DNA of 64,000 nucleotides, from positions 2,024,525 through 2,088,524 of the forward strand of contig NC_133621.1 in the NCBI RefSeq assembly GCF_048593235.1. The letters run 5' to 3'. Below the pieces are notes generated by a model. It did not search any database. It saw only the letters and a program-made list of their open reading frames with translations, and had not been told where the DNA came from. This document shows positions 40,238-52,495 of this stretch, piece after piece. Made by a program: the position numbers and the translations under genes. Origin of the DNA: Sminthopsis crassicaudata. Taxonomy: Eukaryota. Every line of letters starts with the position of its first letter. Within the stretch, counting starts at the first letter, position 1.

Positions 40238-40286
<49 letters not shown>
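40238..40286. repeat. (TG)n microsatellite, about 24 units
   Basis: Seen directly. Confidence 0.97.
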
Positions 40287-40294
<8 letters not shown>

Positions 40295-41088
40295 GTGAGT
40301 TCTTTAATATTAATGCCATATGTCCATTTAGAATTTATTGTGAAATATACAGAAAAGTGTTAATCTCAGTATATTTTATGCCAGGCTTTCTAGTTTTTCT
40401 AACATTTAAAAAAATCTAGTGAGTAGTTATTTCCTAAGTAAGTTACATTTTCCAGTTTATTGAAGATTGGGTACATCATTTAATTTTAAATCTTTTGGAC
40501 AACAAGGAAACTTATAAGCTGGGGGAAAAAAGTAGTTTAGGTAAATTCTTCAAGAGTTGAAAAGATAGTATTAAACTGTCATAAATAATAGTTGTAAATT
40601 TGGAATAATACCTATGTTTCAATGAGAAGAAGCATTGCTATAGTTGGGTGAATACTGGATTTTGAGGCATAGGGTCTAGCCTCAAATTGAGTGTCTGGGT
40701 CTCGTTCTCTGTTTGTGCTTTGGCAAAATAGTACTTTATATAATATTATTCTTTCTTTACATATAATGGAATTGGCCGAGATGGCTTATGAGAGACATTG
40801 CAGGTAAATTTATGATCAGATGATCCATTGATTTTTGCTTTTTACTATTATCATAGACTTAGAGAAATGCCTAGATTTCTGATCTGATTTATGAATGACA
40901 GAAATATGGAATGTTTAACACATTGATAGATGGTCAGATGATAGATGTACTGTCCTCTGATAGAGATCAATAAGCCTCCTATATAGCAAGATGATTACTT
41001 CCATTCCAAAACAAAGTAAAACAAAACAGCAGTTATTAAATTGGGAGATGGGAAGGAGGATGACTAGAAAGCAATGGTTATGGAAAGT

Positions 41089-41507
41089 TGTAGCGTGCTG
41101 TTGTCTCCAGAAGCTGCCCATCACTCTCTGGGAGGAGATCTGCCCTGTCAACTCAAATCTCTTAGAAAGATTCTTCTTCCTGTAGAGAACCGTTGTCTCC
41201 AGGCAGCTGCCATTAACTCTCATCCCGAGAAGTGATTTCCCTTCCTGCAGAGAGCTGCCTCAAGTCTGGTCCAGAGCAGAGATTCTCTATCTCTGGAGTG
41301 CTGCCCTCTTTATCCTCCCAGAGGATGGGCATGGGATAATGCAAGGGTTTCTGGGAAGAATTACTTCAACCAATGAGCTTGCTCCTCATAAGCATGCAAG
41401 CTCTTCCCCAGGAAAGGCTGGAACTAGAGAATTGTCAAGTACTGACTTAGCACTTAGTAAGAGCCTAATATCTCATTATCTCATTAGCTCTTAGTAAGAA
41501 CCTAACA
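41089..41507 (-). mobile_element. Solo ERV LTR (419 bp) with 6-bp TSD GAAAGT
   Basis: TG...CA termini (TGTAGCG...CCTAACA); GAAAGT at 41083-41088 and 41508-41513; orientation inferred from the CCAAT box and a minus-strand GATAAAAG. Confidence 0.88.
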
Positions 41508-41699
41508 GAAAGTAAGCTAGTTTTAGCAGATTTTAAGGTCCATATAAGTCAAAAATATGACATAACAACTGAAAAAGTCAAAGATTTCTATCCTGTACTG
41601 GGGTAGATGATGGGAAGAGGGAAGTAGATTATTTCTATTATTTAAACTAATGATTTAAAAGTTAAAGTGATTCCAGACTTCAGTATCAGAATCAGAGTG

Positions 41700-42110
41700 T
41701 TTAGTTTATTTATTGCCTTAACATGGTTTAGCTTGTTCAGAACACAACTGTAGTCTCATAGTCAGCTTTATGCAATATGTTTTAGGAAGGAATTGAGTAA
41801 ACTAGGGAATAAACAGGAAAACAAAAAGTTTCCCAGGATGCTAGTGAAGCTTATCAGGTATGTGTCTTAAGAGAATTATTTGAAAAAGTTGCATTCTCTA
41901 AAATAAGGGTGGGAAGAAGGAACGGGGATCCCATTGGTTCCTTCACATAATTAACGAGGTGCTATGTTAAAGATGAATATGACCTCTTCTATTTTTTTCC
42001 CTAAAGGGCTGAACCAAGAACATTATAAGGAAGTTAAAATAAAACCAGAATTGATTTTAAATTAAATTGACCTTCACTGCTATGGGTATCTGATCATTGG
42101 TTGAGACCTT
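41700..42110 (+). mobile_element. CR1/L3 3' fragment
   Basis: ttttaggaaggaattgagtaaactaggg...gatgaatatgacctcttct...agggctgaaccaagaac...ggaagtt resembles the L3 3' region. Confidence 0.55.
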
Positions 42111-42673
42111 CAGCCAGCACATATGTTGCAAAATCCACCTATATTCAGATTCTGATAGATTGGATAGTGTTTTTCATATTGAAATTATGTGATTAAATGC
42201 TATGGTTCTTACCCACAAGAAAATAAATGACATTTAAATGAACTGGGAAAAATGGAAACATATTGATTTGTAAATTTTAAAATTATAATTAATATCTGTT
42301 AAATTGCACAGAATGAGGCTCTGTTATTTTCTCACCACACAAAGACCTCAGTGATTCAGTTTCTGCAGAAGAAGTTATGGGGAGGTGATGATAATACTGT
42401 TATTTTCTCTCTCTCAATGCCCAACATACAGTGGCAGTGCTCTTGCTGCTAATGAATTGTGTCTTGTAAGCATGCCTCAAAGCCAGTTTTGGAGTTATTT
42501 AGAGATGAAGTTATTGAAATCACTTCATTTAAATATGGAGAGTTTCAGAAAGGCTGGAACTAGGTTTCTGTCTGTGATGTCCACACCCCCCACCAAGGAA
42601 GGGAAAGATAAGTGAATATGCCTCTGTAATTTGGGTTTATCTTTAATATCAATCTATTAATAATCTTTTGGGG

Positions 42674-42726
42674 TGTATATATATATATATTATAATATAT
42701 ATATATATGTATATATATATATAATG
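42674..42726. repeat. (TA)n microsatellite
   Basis: Seen directly. Confidence 0.9.
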
Positions 42727-43169
42727 TATGAACAAAAGATGCAACAAGTACTTATTGACAGATAATACGTTTTGCAATCCCTTTTAGTCAGATTGAGCTA
42801 TCCATTTTAGAGAATATCACAGTGATTTTTTAAAGATAGTTATATCATATCCTTTACATTACAACCGACAGAAACCCATCCATTTTCATTCTTTCTGTGA
42901 ATTCAGAATTCTTCAAAAAAGAATAAGCTAAAGAAGGGATGAACTCTATTAAATGGAGTTAATACATCATGAAGTTGACAAAGTAACACAGAGGCGAGTG
43001 AATGAGAGATTTAAAACAGCTTTGGTTTGAAACTGCAAGCCCTGGGTGGTCTCATTTCCAGTAGAACAATGCCACAAGGCACAGGACCCCAGCATTGTTA
43101 GCAGCCATTCAAGTCATCTGCCATTTTGTCAGATGGCAGAGCATCCCCACCAAGGAGAGAGCTCATCAC

Positions 43170-43317
43170 NNNNNNNNNNNNNNNNNNNNNNNNNNNNNNN
43201 NNNNNNNNNNNNNNNNNNNNNNNNNNNNNNNNNNNNNNNNNNNNNNNNNNNNNNNNNNNNNNNNNNNNNNNNNNNNNNNNNNNNNNNNNNNNNNNNNNNN
43301 NNNNNNNNNNNNNNNNN
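43170..43317. other. Assembly gap
   Basis: Run of N. Confidence 1.
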
Positions 43318-44739
43318 CCCCATTACTGCAGAACAGCCTTTTTAACCTCCTGTGCTAGTTTCTGCATTTTGCACAAATGGAGAGCTTACACTCAGAAATA
43401 AACAACTTTATTAAAAATGAATTCTGAAACATGACTGTAGAGACTTGCAGCCAACAATTCCCACTGACATGTGAAAGCTAATGACGAAACCGCCTCCCAA
43501 TTTCTGGGAAGCAATGTTTACCTCCCTCTGTTTCCCTAGTAAACTGGTGTCCTATTTGACCTTGATACTTCATAATCATCTCTCTGATGGACTCAAGCTG
43601 GTGAGACAGGATGGCAGCCACTGGCACCATCCATAAGCTCAACACTTTAGCCTCAGTCTAAAGTTGATTAACACAGGAAAGGACGATAGGTTCCATCTTA
43701 CATGAAATTAATTCAAATTGGTGGCTCAGACTAAGGTAACAAGGAGAGTAATACAGGCAAAAAGAAGTCCTTAAGAAGAAACATGGCTACAGAGCTTGCA
43801 TTTCAAAAAGGGAAATATAAGCTCAAAGCAACAGTCCTTAGATTGTGGGAAAATTGATAGAGGGAATAGAGATTGGCAACTGTAGATATAATTCTGGATT
43901 TTCCTATCATTTTTATATATTTAAAAAACATAATATGGCCATGATGACCCTCAGAAGATGCAAAGTGGCTAATCAAGGACTTGATCATCCTTCCTTGTTT
44001 TATATAATGTAGAAACATTATATGAATATTCTACATTATTTCTTATAATGTAGAATATGGTCCCACAAAGCTTGAATAAAAAGGAATTTTTAAATGATTA
44101 CCATACTAAAGATGCTTAAATCCCCCAGGTATCTAATAAGCTTCTCATAATCTATCTTTTCTCATTTTTGGTCTTACATTCATAACTAATAGATTGTTAA
44201 CTCCTTAACAGCCAGAGCTATATTTGTTTATTGCTGCATTTTCTACAGTGTTTTGGACATAGCCCTATGAATAGAATGTGAGAGAAAGGAAGGGAAGGGA
44301 GAGGGAAGGAGAGGTAATGATAGAAAGAGCAGAATCATTAATTGATTAGCTGAACTGGAGTTAGCAGAATTTAGGGTTGGAGGACATAGATCTTGCCCTT
44401 ATAAAAAGATGAAAACTGCTTGGGATAAGAAAAGAAAAAGCATATTATATACATGCGTGTCATTTCAGCAAAATGATAAGGCTTTAAGTAGGAGATTATT
44501 GATTGCTGAGCCACTTCAGCAACAAGAGAGGTTTGGGTTTTCAAGTCATTACTGACCCTTGTGTACTGGTAGGTCATGGCAATGAAACCAGAACATCACC
44601 TTTTATGTTGAGAGTTTGCCTTAGGACTTTGGGATTGGATAGAACTACAATAGTAAAGACTACAGAGAATCTAATTGGTCATGATTCCAGGACAGATAGA
44701 ACAGAAAAGAGCTGAAAACAAAACCAAACTACTCCAGGC

Positions 44740-46490
44740 CTGGATAATTTGTCTTGTAAGTTGGGTAACTGCATAACAGGCCCTTCTATTGTCCACTACG
44801 TTTCAAAGTCCATTCAAGGTCATGCTCATCATTTCTATGACACTGTCTATCCATTTTAAGCTTTGCCATTCCCTTTTCATTTTGCCTAAAATCTTTCCCA
44901 ACATCAGGGACTTTTCCATTGAATCTAATCTTCTCATTATATGAAGCAATGTATTTAAGTCTCAGCTTCCATATTGCCCTTTCAATGAATAGCCTGAATT
45001 GATTTCTTTTAAGTATTGACTGCTTTGTCCTCCCGGCAGTCCAAAGGACTCTCACAAGTCTTCAACACCATAATTCAAAAGCATCAATTCTGTAGCACTC
45101 ATCTTTCTTTATAGTCCAACACTCACAATCTTTTAATTTCATGTCTGCAGTTGCTGTCTGGAGTGATCTTTGAGCCCAAGAATATAAAATCTGAAACCTC
45201 TTCAATTTCTTCTGTTATTTGCCAAGAAGTGATGGAATCAGTTGGCAAGATCTTAGTTTTGTTTTGTTTTTTATTTTAAACTCTCTCCTCTTTCACTCCC
45301 ATCAAGAAGTTTCTTAATTACTCTTCATTTTTTGCCCCCAAAGTGTCATCATCTGCATGTATCAGATTATTGATATTCCTCCTGGCAATTTTCCAGATTT
45401 TTATTGCATGGCATTTTTGTGATGTACACTGCTTATTACTTCAAGTTAATTAAATGAATGAATGAATGAATGAATAAGATCTAAATATATACCCTTGTCA
45501 TATATCATTTCCAATTTTAGACCAATTAGTTGTTCCATGTTCAGTTCTAAGTATTGCCTCTTGGACTGCATGCAAACTTCTGGAAAGGAGTAAGATGATT
45601 GGTATTCCCATCTCTTGGAAAACTTGCCACACTTTACTATGATCATACAGTCAAAGACATCAGTGTAGTAGTTACAAATCATCTTTTTGATGTTTTTTTT
45701 TTTTGTAAAAATGTTTTTGATGTTTGTAACATCCTTGATTTTTCCCTCATCCAATGAAAGTTGATAATTTGTTTTTTTTTTTCCTTTTTTCAAAAATCTG
45801 TTTGCTCTTCAGTGATATTTGGTTCACTTATTGTTGAAGCTTATCTTGCAGAATCTTAAGGATAATTTTGCTAGCATGTGAAATAAGCACAATAGTTGGA
45901 TAACATGAATATTTCTTGGTATTGTCAACATGAATATTTCTTGGTATTGTCCTGCTTTAAGACTGGGACATAAACATTTTTTCCCAACCTAGTATCACTG
46001 TTGTGTTTTTCAAATTTTGGGGATTATTGAGCACAACACTTTAATAGCATCACTTTTTCAAAATAGCTTAACCTGAATTCCATTATCTCCACTAGCTTTA
46101 TTGTTAATAATTCTTCCTAAGGCCCATTTGATTCTCTTCTCCCTAAGCAATGCTTGTAGATCAGTAACTATCCCATTACAATTGGTAAGCGTAAGATAAT
46201 CTGTGTAGAATTCTGTGTATTTTTGCCACCTGTTCTTAATCTTTTCTGGTTCTGTAAAGTCCTTAAGATTTTTTTGTCATTTATCATGCCATTTTTTGCA
46301 TTAAATGTTCCTTTGATATCTCTAATTTTCTTGAAGAAATTTCTTATCTTTTTATTGTCTTATATTCTTATCTTTTTAATGTGCTATTTTATTGTATCTT
46401 ATATTCTTATCGTTTTATTGTGCCATTTTGTTTATATTTTCTTTGTATTTCTTTTCTTATCTCTCTTTGCTCTTCTATGGAATTTTGCAA
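44740..46490 (-). mobile_element. BovB-type RTE LINE, decayed 3' about 1.75 kb including RT
   Basis: Colinear with recalled BovB text (aatctttcccaacatcagggacttttcca; caacaccataattcaaaagcatcaattc; ttttaatttcatgtctgcag; gaattccattatctccactagc); the minus strand reads IARRNINNLIHADDDTL (decayed YADD). Confidence 0.88.
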
Positions 46491-46592
46491 TCATAACAAG
46501 ACAATGATGGGGGGCCAGTTCCTGAGGACATGACCAATTTTCATGTTTAAAAGGGTCATGTATTAAATATAATTTTAGCATTTTTACCACAA

Positions 46593-46772
46593 ATTAGATG
46601 GCTGAAGCAGGCTGTGTGCTTGGAGTTTGGTCAGACAATGAAGACACCAAGGTCATTCACCACATCCTTTGCTATCACCAGTCATCCTGAATTTGGACTT
46701 AGCTTTGGACTTGTATGGAAAAGAGTGTGAGACTGATGACTTTGTGCAATTCTTCTTCCCTTAAATGCAATT
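46593..46772 (+). mobile_element. Internal fragment of the RTE-tailed SINE
   Basis: Near-copy of 26247-26429; flanked by about 21-bp degenerate direct repeats. Confidence 0.7.
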
Positions 46773-46799
46773 ATTTTAGCCATCTCTACCACAACTCTC

Positions 46800-47200
46800 T
46801 TTATCTCTCTCTGTCTCTCTGTCTGTCTCTGTCTCCTCTCCCTCCCTCCTTCCCCATCCTTCTTCTGCTCTCTCTCCCAGTCTAATAAATTACCTGCTGA
46901 AACAATCTAGTGATGTTTATTGTGCTTGGTTCATGACCTTATTACCTCATGTTTGGGTTATAACTTTTCTGTCTCCACTTCTGTTCAGCCTCCATTTCAT
47001 TGCCAAAACCATCTTTCTAAAAAACCTATTTGAATGAGGTGATTAAGGCCAATCACAATAGTTTTGAGAGGAGGAGGAGAGGTGAGGGGAAAGAAGAAAG
47101 GGAGAATGAAAGGAAGGATTAAAGAGGGAGAGGAAGAGGGGAAGAAATAAGGGCAAATTATAGACAGCCATTTCAAGGATTTTAGCCAAAAAAGGAGATA
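46800..47200. mobile_element. L2 fragments in both orientations
   Basis: Pyrimidine-rich L2 body, then agacagccatttcaaggattttagcc (minus L2). Confidence 0.5.
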
Positions 47201-47204
47201 GAGG

Positions 47205-47550
47205 GAGCCATTTGAATCCAGAGAGAGGACTATGGGAATTGAAAGTATTTCACAACATAATATTTTCGTTTGTTGTTTTTGTTGTTGTTATTGTTGTTTC
47301 ATTACTTGCTTTTTTTCTCATTTTTTCTTTTTGATCTGATTTTTCTTGCACAGTATGATAAATGTGGGAGAATTTGTTTAGAAGAATTGCATGTGTTTAA
47401 CCCATATTAGATTGCTTACTGCCTAAGGAAGGGAAGTAAGAGGAAGGGGGAGAAAGTGATTTGGAAAACAAGATCTTGCAAGGTTGAATCTTGAAAACTA
47501 TCTTTGCATATATTTTGGGGGAAAAAGGCTATTCGAAAAACAAAATAAAA
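47205..47550 (+). mobile_element. L1 3'UTR
   Basis: atccagagagaggactatggg...gatctgatttttcttgcacag...gcaaggttgaatcttgaaaactatctttgc. Confidence 0.8.
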
Positions 47551-48075
47551 AGCCTGTTTAAATTCAGCAGTCTCACTTCTTCCAATTCCTATAGTTTCTA
47601 GTATTAAATGTAAAATCTTCTATTTGCTCTTTTAAAGCCTTTCAAAACTGCCCTCTTAATACTTTTTCAGTCTTCTTGTTACCTCCAGGAATACTCTAAT
47701 ACACAATGACACTGACTTATTTGCTGTTTCTCACCCAATACATTTTAAAGACTAACTTTGTACATTTTCATTGACTGGCTTTTATGCTTAGAATACTCCA
47801 CTTCATTATTCTTACCTTTTGACTTTCCAGACTATTTAAATCTCACTAAAGTCTCAACTCCTTCATGAAGTATTTCCCCATCTCCCTTAATATTTATGCA
47901 TTTACTCTAAGATTCCTTCCAATTTACCCTGTGTATGTCTTGTTTGAACTTAACTGTCTGTCTGGTCTCCACAATTAGAGTGTAAATTGCTTGTAATATC
48001 ACTTGGTTTTTGATTTTCTTTAAGCCCTTCAGCACTTACATTACTCAGCACATTGTTGTTTAATAAATGCTTTTT
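47550..48075 (+). mobile_element. L2 3' region
   Basis: Ends gcccttcagcacttacattactcagcacattgttgtttaataaatgcttttt. Confidence 0.7.
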
Positions 48076-48599
48076 GAATAAATGAATTTTCTCTAGAAGA
48101 GCTAGTGTTGGGACTTTGATGCTTATCCTCTGAAAAAGGGTCCATTTTGGGAGAATTGGGCATTAGTAATCACATACAAAGTGCCAGTGCTTTCACTACT
48201 CACTCTTTGAATGATTGAACTCAATGGGAATTGAATCAACAACTATTCCTTTTTCATGATGACTGCTTCTTTAGAGTTCTCTTTTTCTCTTGTATCCTTA
48301 ATATAAAACAGAGTATTGCATGTACATGCATATACACATTTGCAGCTATTCACACTAACATTTCAGCCTAATGGCTAAAACATTGTCTTTCTAATTGTCA
48401 AGAGGCTTGGTGTTTATCAGAGGGCCCTCTAGTAGTGGAACTACTTCATTCTAAATGATTTTATTTATTATTGTTTAGTACATATATTGCAGTCTGATTT
48501 CTGTATCCATAGAATTCATTAATTAATTCTGCCATGGCACATATCACAGTGGAAGTGGGGTCCTCATCCATGGGCCCTCCACAAAACTACTCCAATTTT

Positions 48600-48710
48600 G
48601 AGACACTTTTTATAGCTTTTTTATTTTCTGATATGTGCAAGCATGGTTTTCAATATTTATCTTTGCAAAACCTTGGGTTCCAATGTCTTTTCTTTTCCTC
48701 CTCTTTTAAA
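48600..48710 (-). mobile_element. L1 3' terminus
   Basis: tttttatagcttttttattttc...atctttgcaaaaccttgggttcc. Confidence 0.7.
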
Positions 48711-48711
48711 A

Positions 48712-51180
48712 ATTAGAGTTGAATAACTGAAAGCTAATGAGTTCATGAGACATCAGGAAATAATAAAACAAAATCAAGAAAATAGGGGAAAAATGTGAAA
48801 TATCTAATTAGAAAAAAAAAAAAAAAGAAAGAAAAATCACCTGGGAAATAGATCCAGGAAAGATAATTTAAGAATTATTAGTCCATCTGAAAGCTATGAT
48901 TTAAAAAAATAATAATAATTCAAGAAAATATCAAAGATAGTTATCTAAATCAGAGGGCAAAATAAAAAATGAAAGAATTTACTGATCATCCTCTGAAAGA
49001 GATCCTATAATTAAAACTCCCAGAAATATAATATTCCAATTCCAGAGCTTCCATGTCAAGAAGAGAATATTGCAAGTAACCAGGAAGAAACACTTCAAAT
49101 ATCATGGAACCATGATTGGGACAACATAAATGTAGCCATTTTAATATTAAATGATCAGAGGATTGGAATATGATATTCTGGAGGATAAAGTAGCTAAGAT
49201 TACAATCCTCTACCCAGAATAATTGACTATAACCCTTCAAGGAAAAATGGATATTTAATGAAATGAAGGACATTAATACTTCATTGACAAAAAGACCAGA
49301 GCTGAATAGAAAATTTGATATTCAAATAAGCTATTTACATTCCTATACAGGAAAACAATATTGATAACTCCTAAGAACTCCTTTCTTATTATTAGAAAAA
49401 TTAGAAGTTTACTTGGACAGAGGACATGGATTTGAATTGAATATGATGTGGTGATATCTTTAAAAATGAAATTAAGGAATGAGAAAGGTATATGTACTGA
49501 AAGAAAGGGAAAGGTAGAGTGGAGTAAATTATCTCACATAAAGGAGGCATGAAGGAACTTTTATAGTGGAGGGAAAGATGGGGGAAGTGGAGGAAGACCA
49601 CTTGAACTTTACTGTCACTGAAATTGACTGAAAGAGGGAATAACATACACACTCATTGAGGTATTGAAATGTATCTTAACCTACTGGGAAGTAGGAGAAG
49701 AAGGGAATAAAAGAAAGGAATAGGGCTTGATAGAAGGGAGGGTGAATTAGGAGATGTTGTATTCAACAGGAAAACCCTTGGATAGATGAACAGGATAAAA
49801 GAAAAGAGAAGAATAAATGGGGAAATAAAATGGAGGTAAAATCATGTTATCATAATAGAAAAATTATAGCAAATTTCTCTGGCAAACAAGTGAATTAAAA
49901 TTAAAATAATACAAATAATTTTCCAATTGTTAAATGTCAAAGGTTATAAATAATCAATTTTAATTGGTTTAATTGTAATTAAAACTATCTAGCATCATAT
50001 AAAAATGTTTTTAATCACTATTGATTAGAGAAATGCAAATTAAAGCAACTCCATGGCACCGCTTTGTGTCTAACAGATTGGCTTATTTGATAGAAAAGGA
50101 AAATAATAAGTATTAATTGGATGTGGGAAAATTGAAACACTGAGGTATTGTTGGTGGATTTGTGAACTTATTCTGGAGAAAAATTTGGAAGTATGCCCAA
50201 AGGGTTATCAAAGTGTTTAAACCCTTTGATTCTGCAATTACTACCGAATCTGTATCTCAGAGAGATTAAAAAAAAAATACAAAAAGGAAAAGAACATATA
50301 TATAAAGTGTGTTGTGGTCCCTTTAAAAAACTGATTTGTGTCCTTTCTGATTGATTTGTGATTCAGATTACTCCCAGCCCCTCCTGGCAGATGCATTATC
50401 AATTCAGGAAGCTAGGACCTTTGAGTCACAAATCCTGGTCAAAAGCACCCCCTTTGAATTCCAATAGGAATTCAAGATCTGGGCTTGTCCCAGCCCCTAC
50501 CAGATCTGAGCCAACTTGGGCTCTCACAGCCCCCATGGGAACTGAGCCAATTTGGGACTCCACCCATGGGCCCCTTTTAGGTAAATCTCTTATTATAGAA
50601 AGAGCCAAACTAAAATCTTCTCTTTGCAGAGGTTCCAAACATGGCAGCCCTACACTTGGCATGCCAAGGGTCCCTGCCCACTAGAATACTGGTTCCATTA
50701 GCCTCATCTCTTTATCCTCACTTATTTCCTTAACTAGATTTGAACAAGACTTTAACGATACTTCCAATTCCTGTAATAAACCTTTTATCAATCTAAGTTT
50801 TTGGGTCTGTAAATTCCTTTACAGAGGACCTTTGTGCTGCCAGAACAGGAATCCTCAGATATTCTCAGAAAAAGCTGGAAAGATTTTCATTAATTAATGC
50901 AAAGTGAACTGAGTAGGACTAGGAGACTATTGTACACAGTAGCAATGATATTTTAAGATGATCAACTATGAATGAGTTAGCTATTCTCAGCAATACAGTG
51001 ATCTAAGACAATTCAGAAGAACTTATAATGAAAATTGCCATCCATTTCTAGAGAGAGAATAATGGAGTATGACTGCAGATAAAAGTATTACTTTAAAAAA
51101 ATCTTTATTTTTTTGAAGTGAAGCTAAAGGGAAGGAAAAAATTTGGATCTCAACATTTTAACAAATGAATGCTAAAACTT
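48712..51180 (+). mobile_element. Older L1: ORF1 C-terminus, spacer, almost completely deleted ORF2, 3'UTR; LTR inserted
   Basis: cctgggaaatagatccaggaaagataatttaagaattatt matches ORF1 (LENRSRRDNLKII); ORF2 ATG at 49830 joins the 3' ORF2 at about 49857; 3'UTR 50850-51180. Confidence 0.8.
50309..50850 (+). mobile_element. LTR (ERV1-like), probably 3'-truncated
   Basis: tgtggtccctttaaaaaactgatttg start, CCAAT-like repeats (gagccaa x3), AATAAA near 50775; no TSD or clean terminal CA. Confidence 0.7.
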
Positions 51181-51189
51181 GTTTTTTCA

Positions 51190-51270
51190 GAGGCAGCTGG
51201 GTGGAATGATGGCTAGAGCACCAACCCTGAAGTCAGGAGGACCTGAGTTCAAATTTGGCCTCAGACACTT
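51190..51270 (+). mobile_element. WSINE1-like SINE 5' half
   Basis: gaggcagctgggtggaatgatggctagagcaccaaccctgaagtcaggaggacctgagttcaaatttggcctcagacactta (Pol III A/B boxes). Confidence 0.8.
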
Positions 51271-51271
51271 A

Positions 51272-51648
51272 TATTATTGGGGGAATACAAAATACTAAAT
51301 AAGTACATTTTAAAAGTAACAAAAAAGAACTCATAGTATTGCATAAATAGCCAATATATTTTTCCTTACTCTACAGTAAGTCCACTTTTCCGAGCCCTCT
51401 AGACTCTACAGTAAATCTACTTTTCCTAGCCCTCTATACCCCTAGCCTAATCTCTTACCATGTATTGGTGGTTTCCACATTGACTCTGGAGCATCCATGT
51501 ATCAATTTAGGTTTACAATGCTGTCTTGTCCTTGAAAGGGATATTATCTTGGTATTGTTATATAAGCAATCCTTACCTTCCTTTCTTCCCCACTCCAACT
51601 TCCAACTTTCTGTTAAGTTCTTTTATTTCAAAGGTCCATATGTACTCA
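51272..51648 (+). mobile_element. Probable LTR-type repeat interrupting the SINE, running into a gap
   Basis: Resembles a recalled marsupial LTR (attggggaatacaaaatact...); internal 35-bp tandem duplication actctacagtaa(g/a)tc(c/t)acttttcc(g/t)agccctcta. Confidence 0.5.
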
Positions 51649-51789
51649 NNNNNNNNNNNNNNNNNNNNNNNNNNNNNNNNNNNNNNNNNNNNNNNNNNNN
51701 NNNNNNNNNNNNNNNNNNNNNNNNNNNNNNNNNNNNNNNNNNNNNNNNNNNNNNNNNNNNNNNNNNNNNNNNNNNNNNNNNNNNNNNNN
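51649..51789. other. Assembly gap
   Basis: Run of N. Confidence 1.
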
Positions 51790-52299
51790 CAGAGTATATA
51801 CTATATAAACATAGCCTGTATTTCTTATTCTTATTACATTACATACATATTATATTATAAATATCTGGTTTTAAAATGAGTTTTATAAATTATCCATAAA
51901 AGTGTTCACTGTAGCTTGGGAAACAGGTATTCTTTAATTACTCATCTTTTTTTCAAGTTGGGGAACTATATATAAATGACACATTGAATTTGTTTTTTTT
52001 AAAGGAAATATTAATGATTTCCAAGTCATTTATGAGAATCTTTCACTAAACCTATTTTACATCACATATGATTCTCTGGATACCTTGGAAATGATAGTGC
52101 CTCACCCCATGTTCTTTATGAAGAGAAATTTGACCCCACTATTATAGAGGTCTTTATCTGTAGAGTGGATAAAGCACTGCTATATCAAGAATACAATAGC
52201 AAAAATTAGGAAAGGCCTGGATTCCAGTCCTACTTACTAATAATGTCATTATAATGCCTAGCTTTTGAGGTTTGCAAAGTACTTTACAATTATTTTTAA

Positions 52300-52495
52300 T
52301 TATAAGATTTTGTACTCACAGAAAACCAGGCAGATGGGAGCATCTATTTTTCTCATTCTGCAAATGTGGATATTGAGGCAGATGGAGATGAAATAATTTG
52401 GATAAGGATGGCACAGCTGGTATCTGAGAAAGGATTTGAATGCAGATTTCCTGAGTCCAATCAGACTCATTCTCTCCACAGTATTACCTAGCTAC
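52300..52495 (-). mobile_element. MIR
   Basis: tttttctcattctgcaaatgtggatattgaggcag...gcacagctggtatctgagaaaggatttgaa. Confidence 0.7.

Noticed and set aside
51190-51270. tRNA-like A/B boxes
   Set aside because: SINE head, not a cloverleaf tRNA gene.
4804-51879. ORF-track entries containing long X runs (near 4804-5146, 13337-13744, 23098-23587, 29804-30204, 32716-33081, 43046-43401, 51465-51879)
   Set aside because: Artefacts of N gaps being read as non-stop codons.
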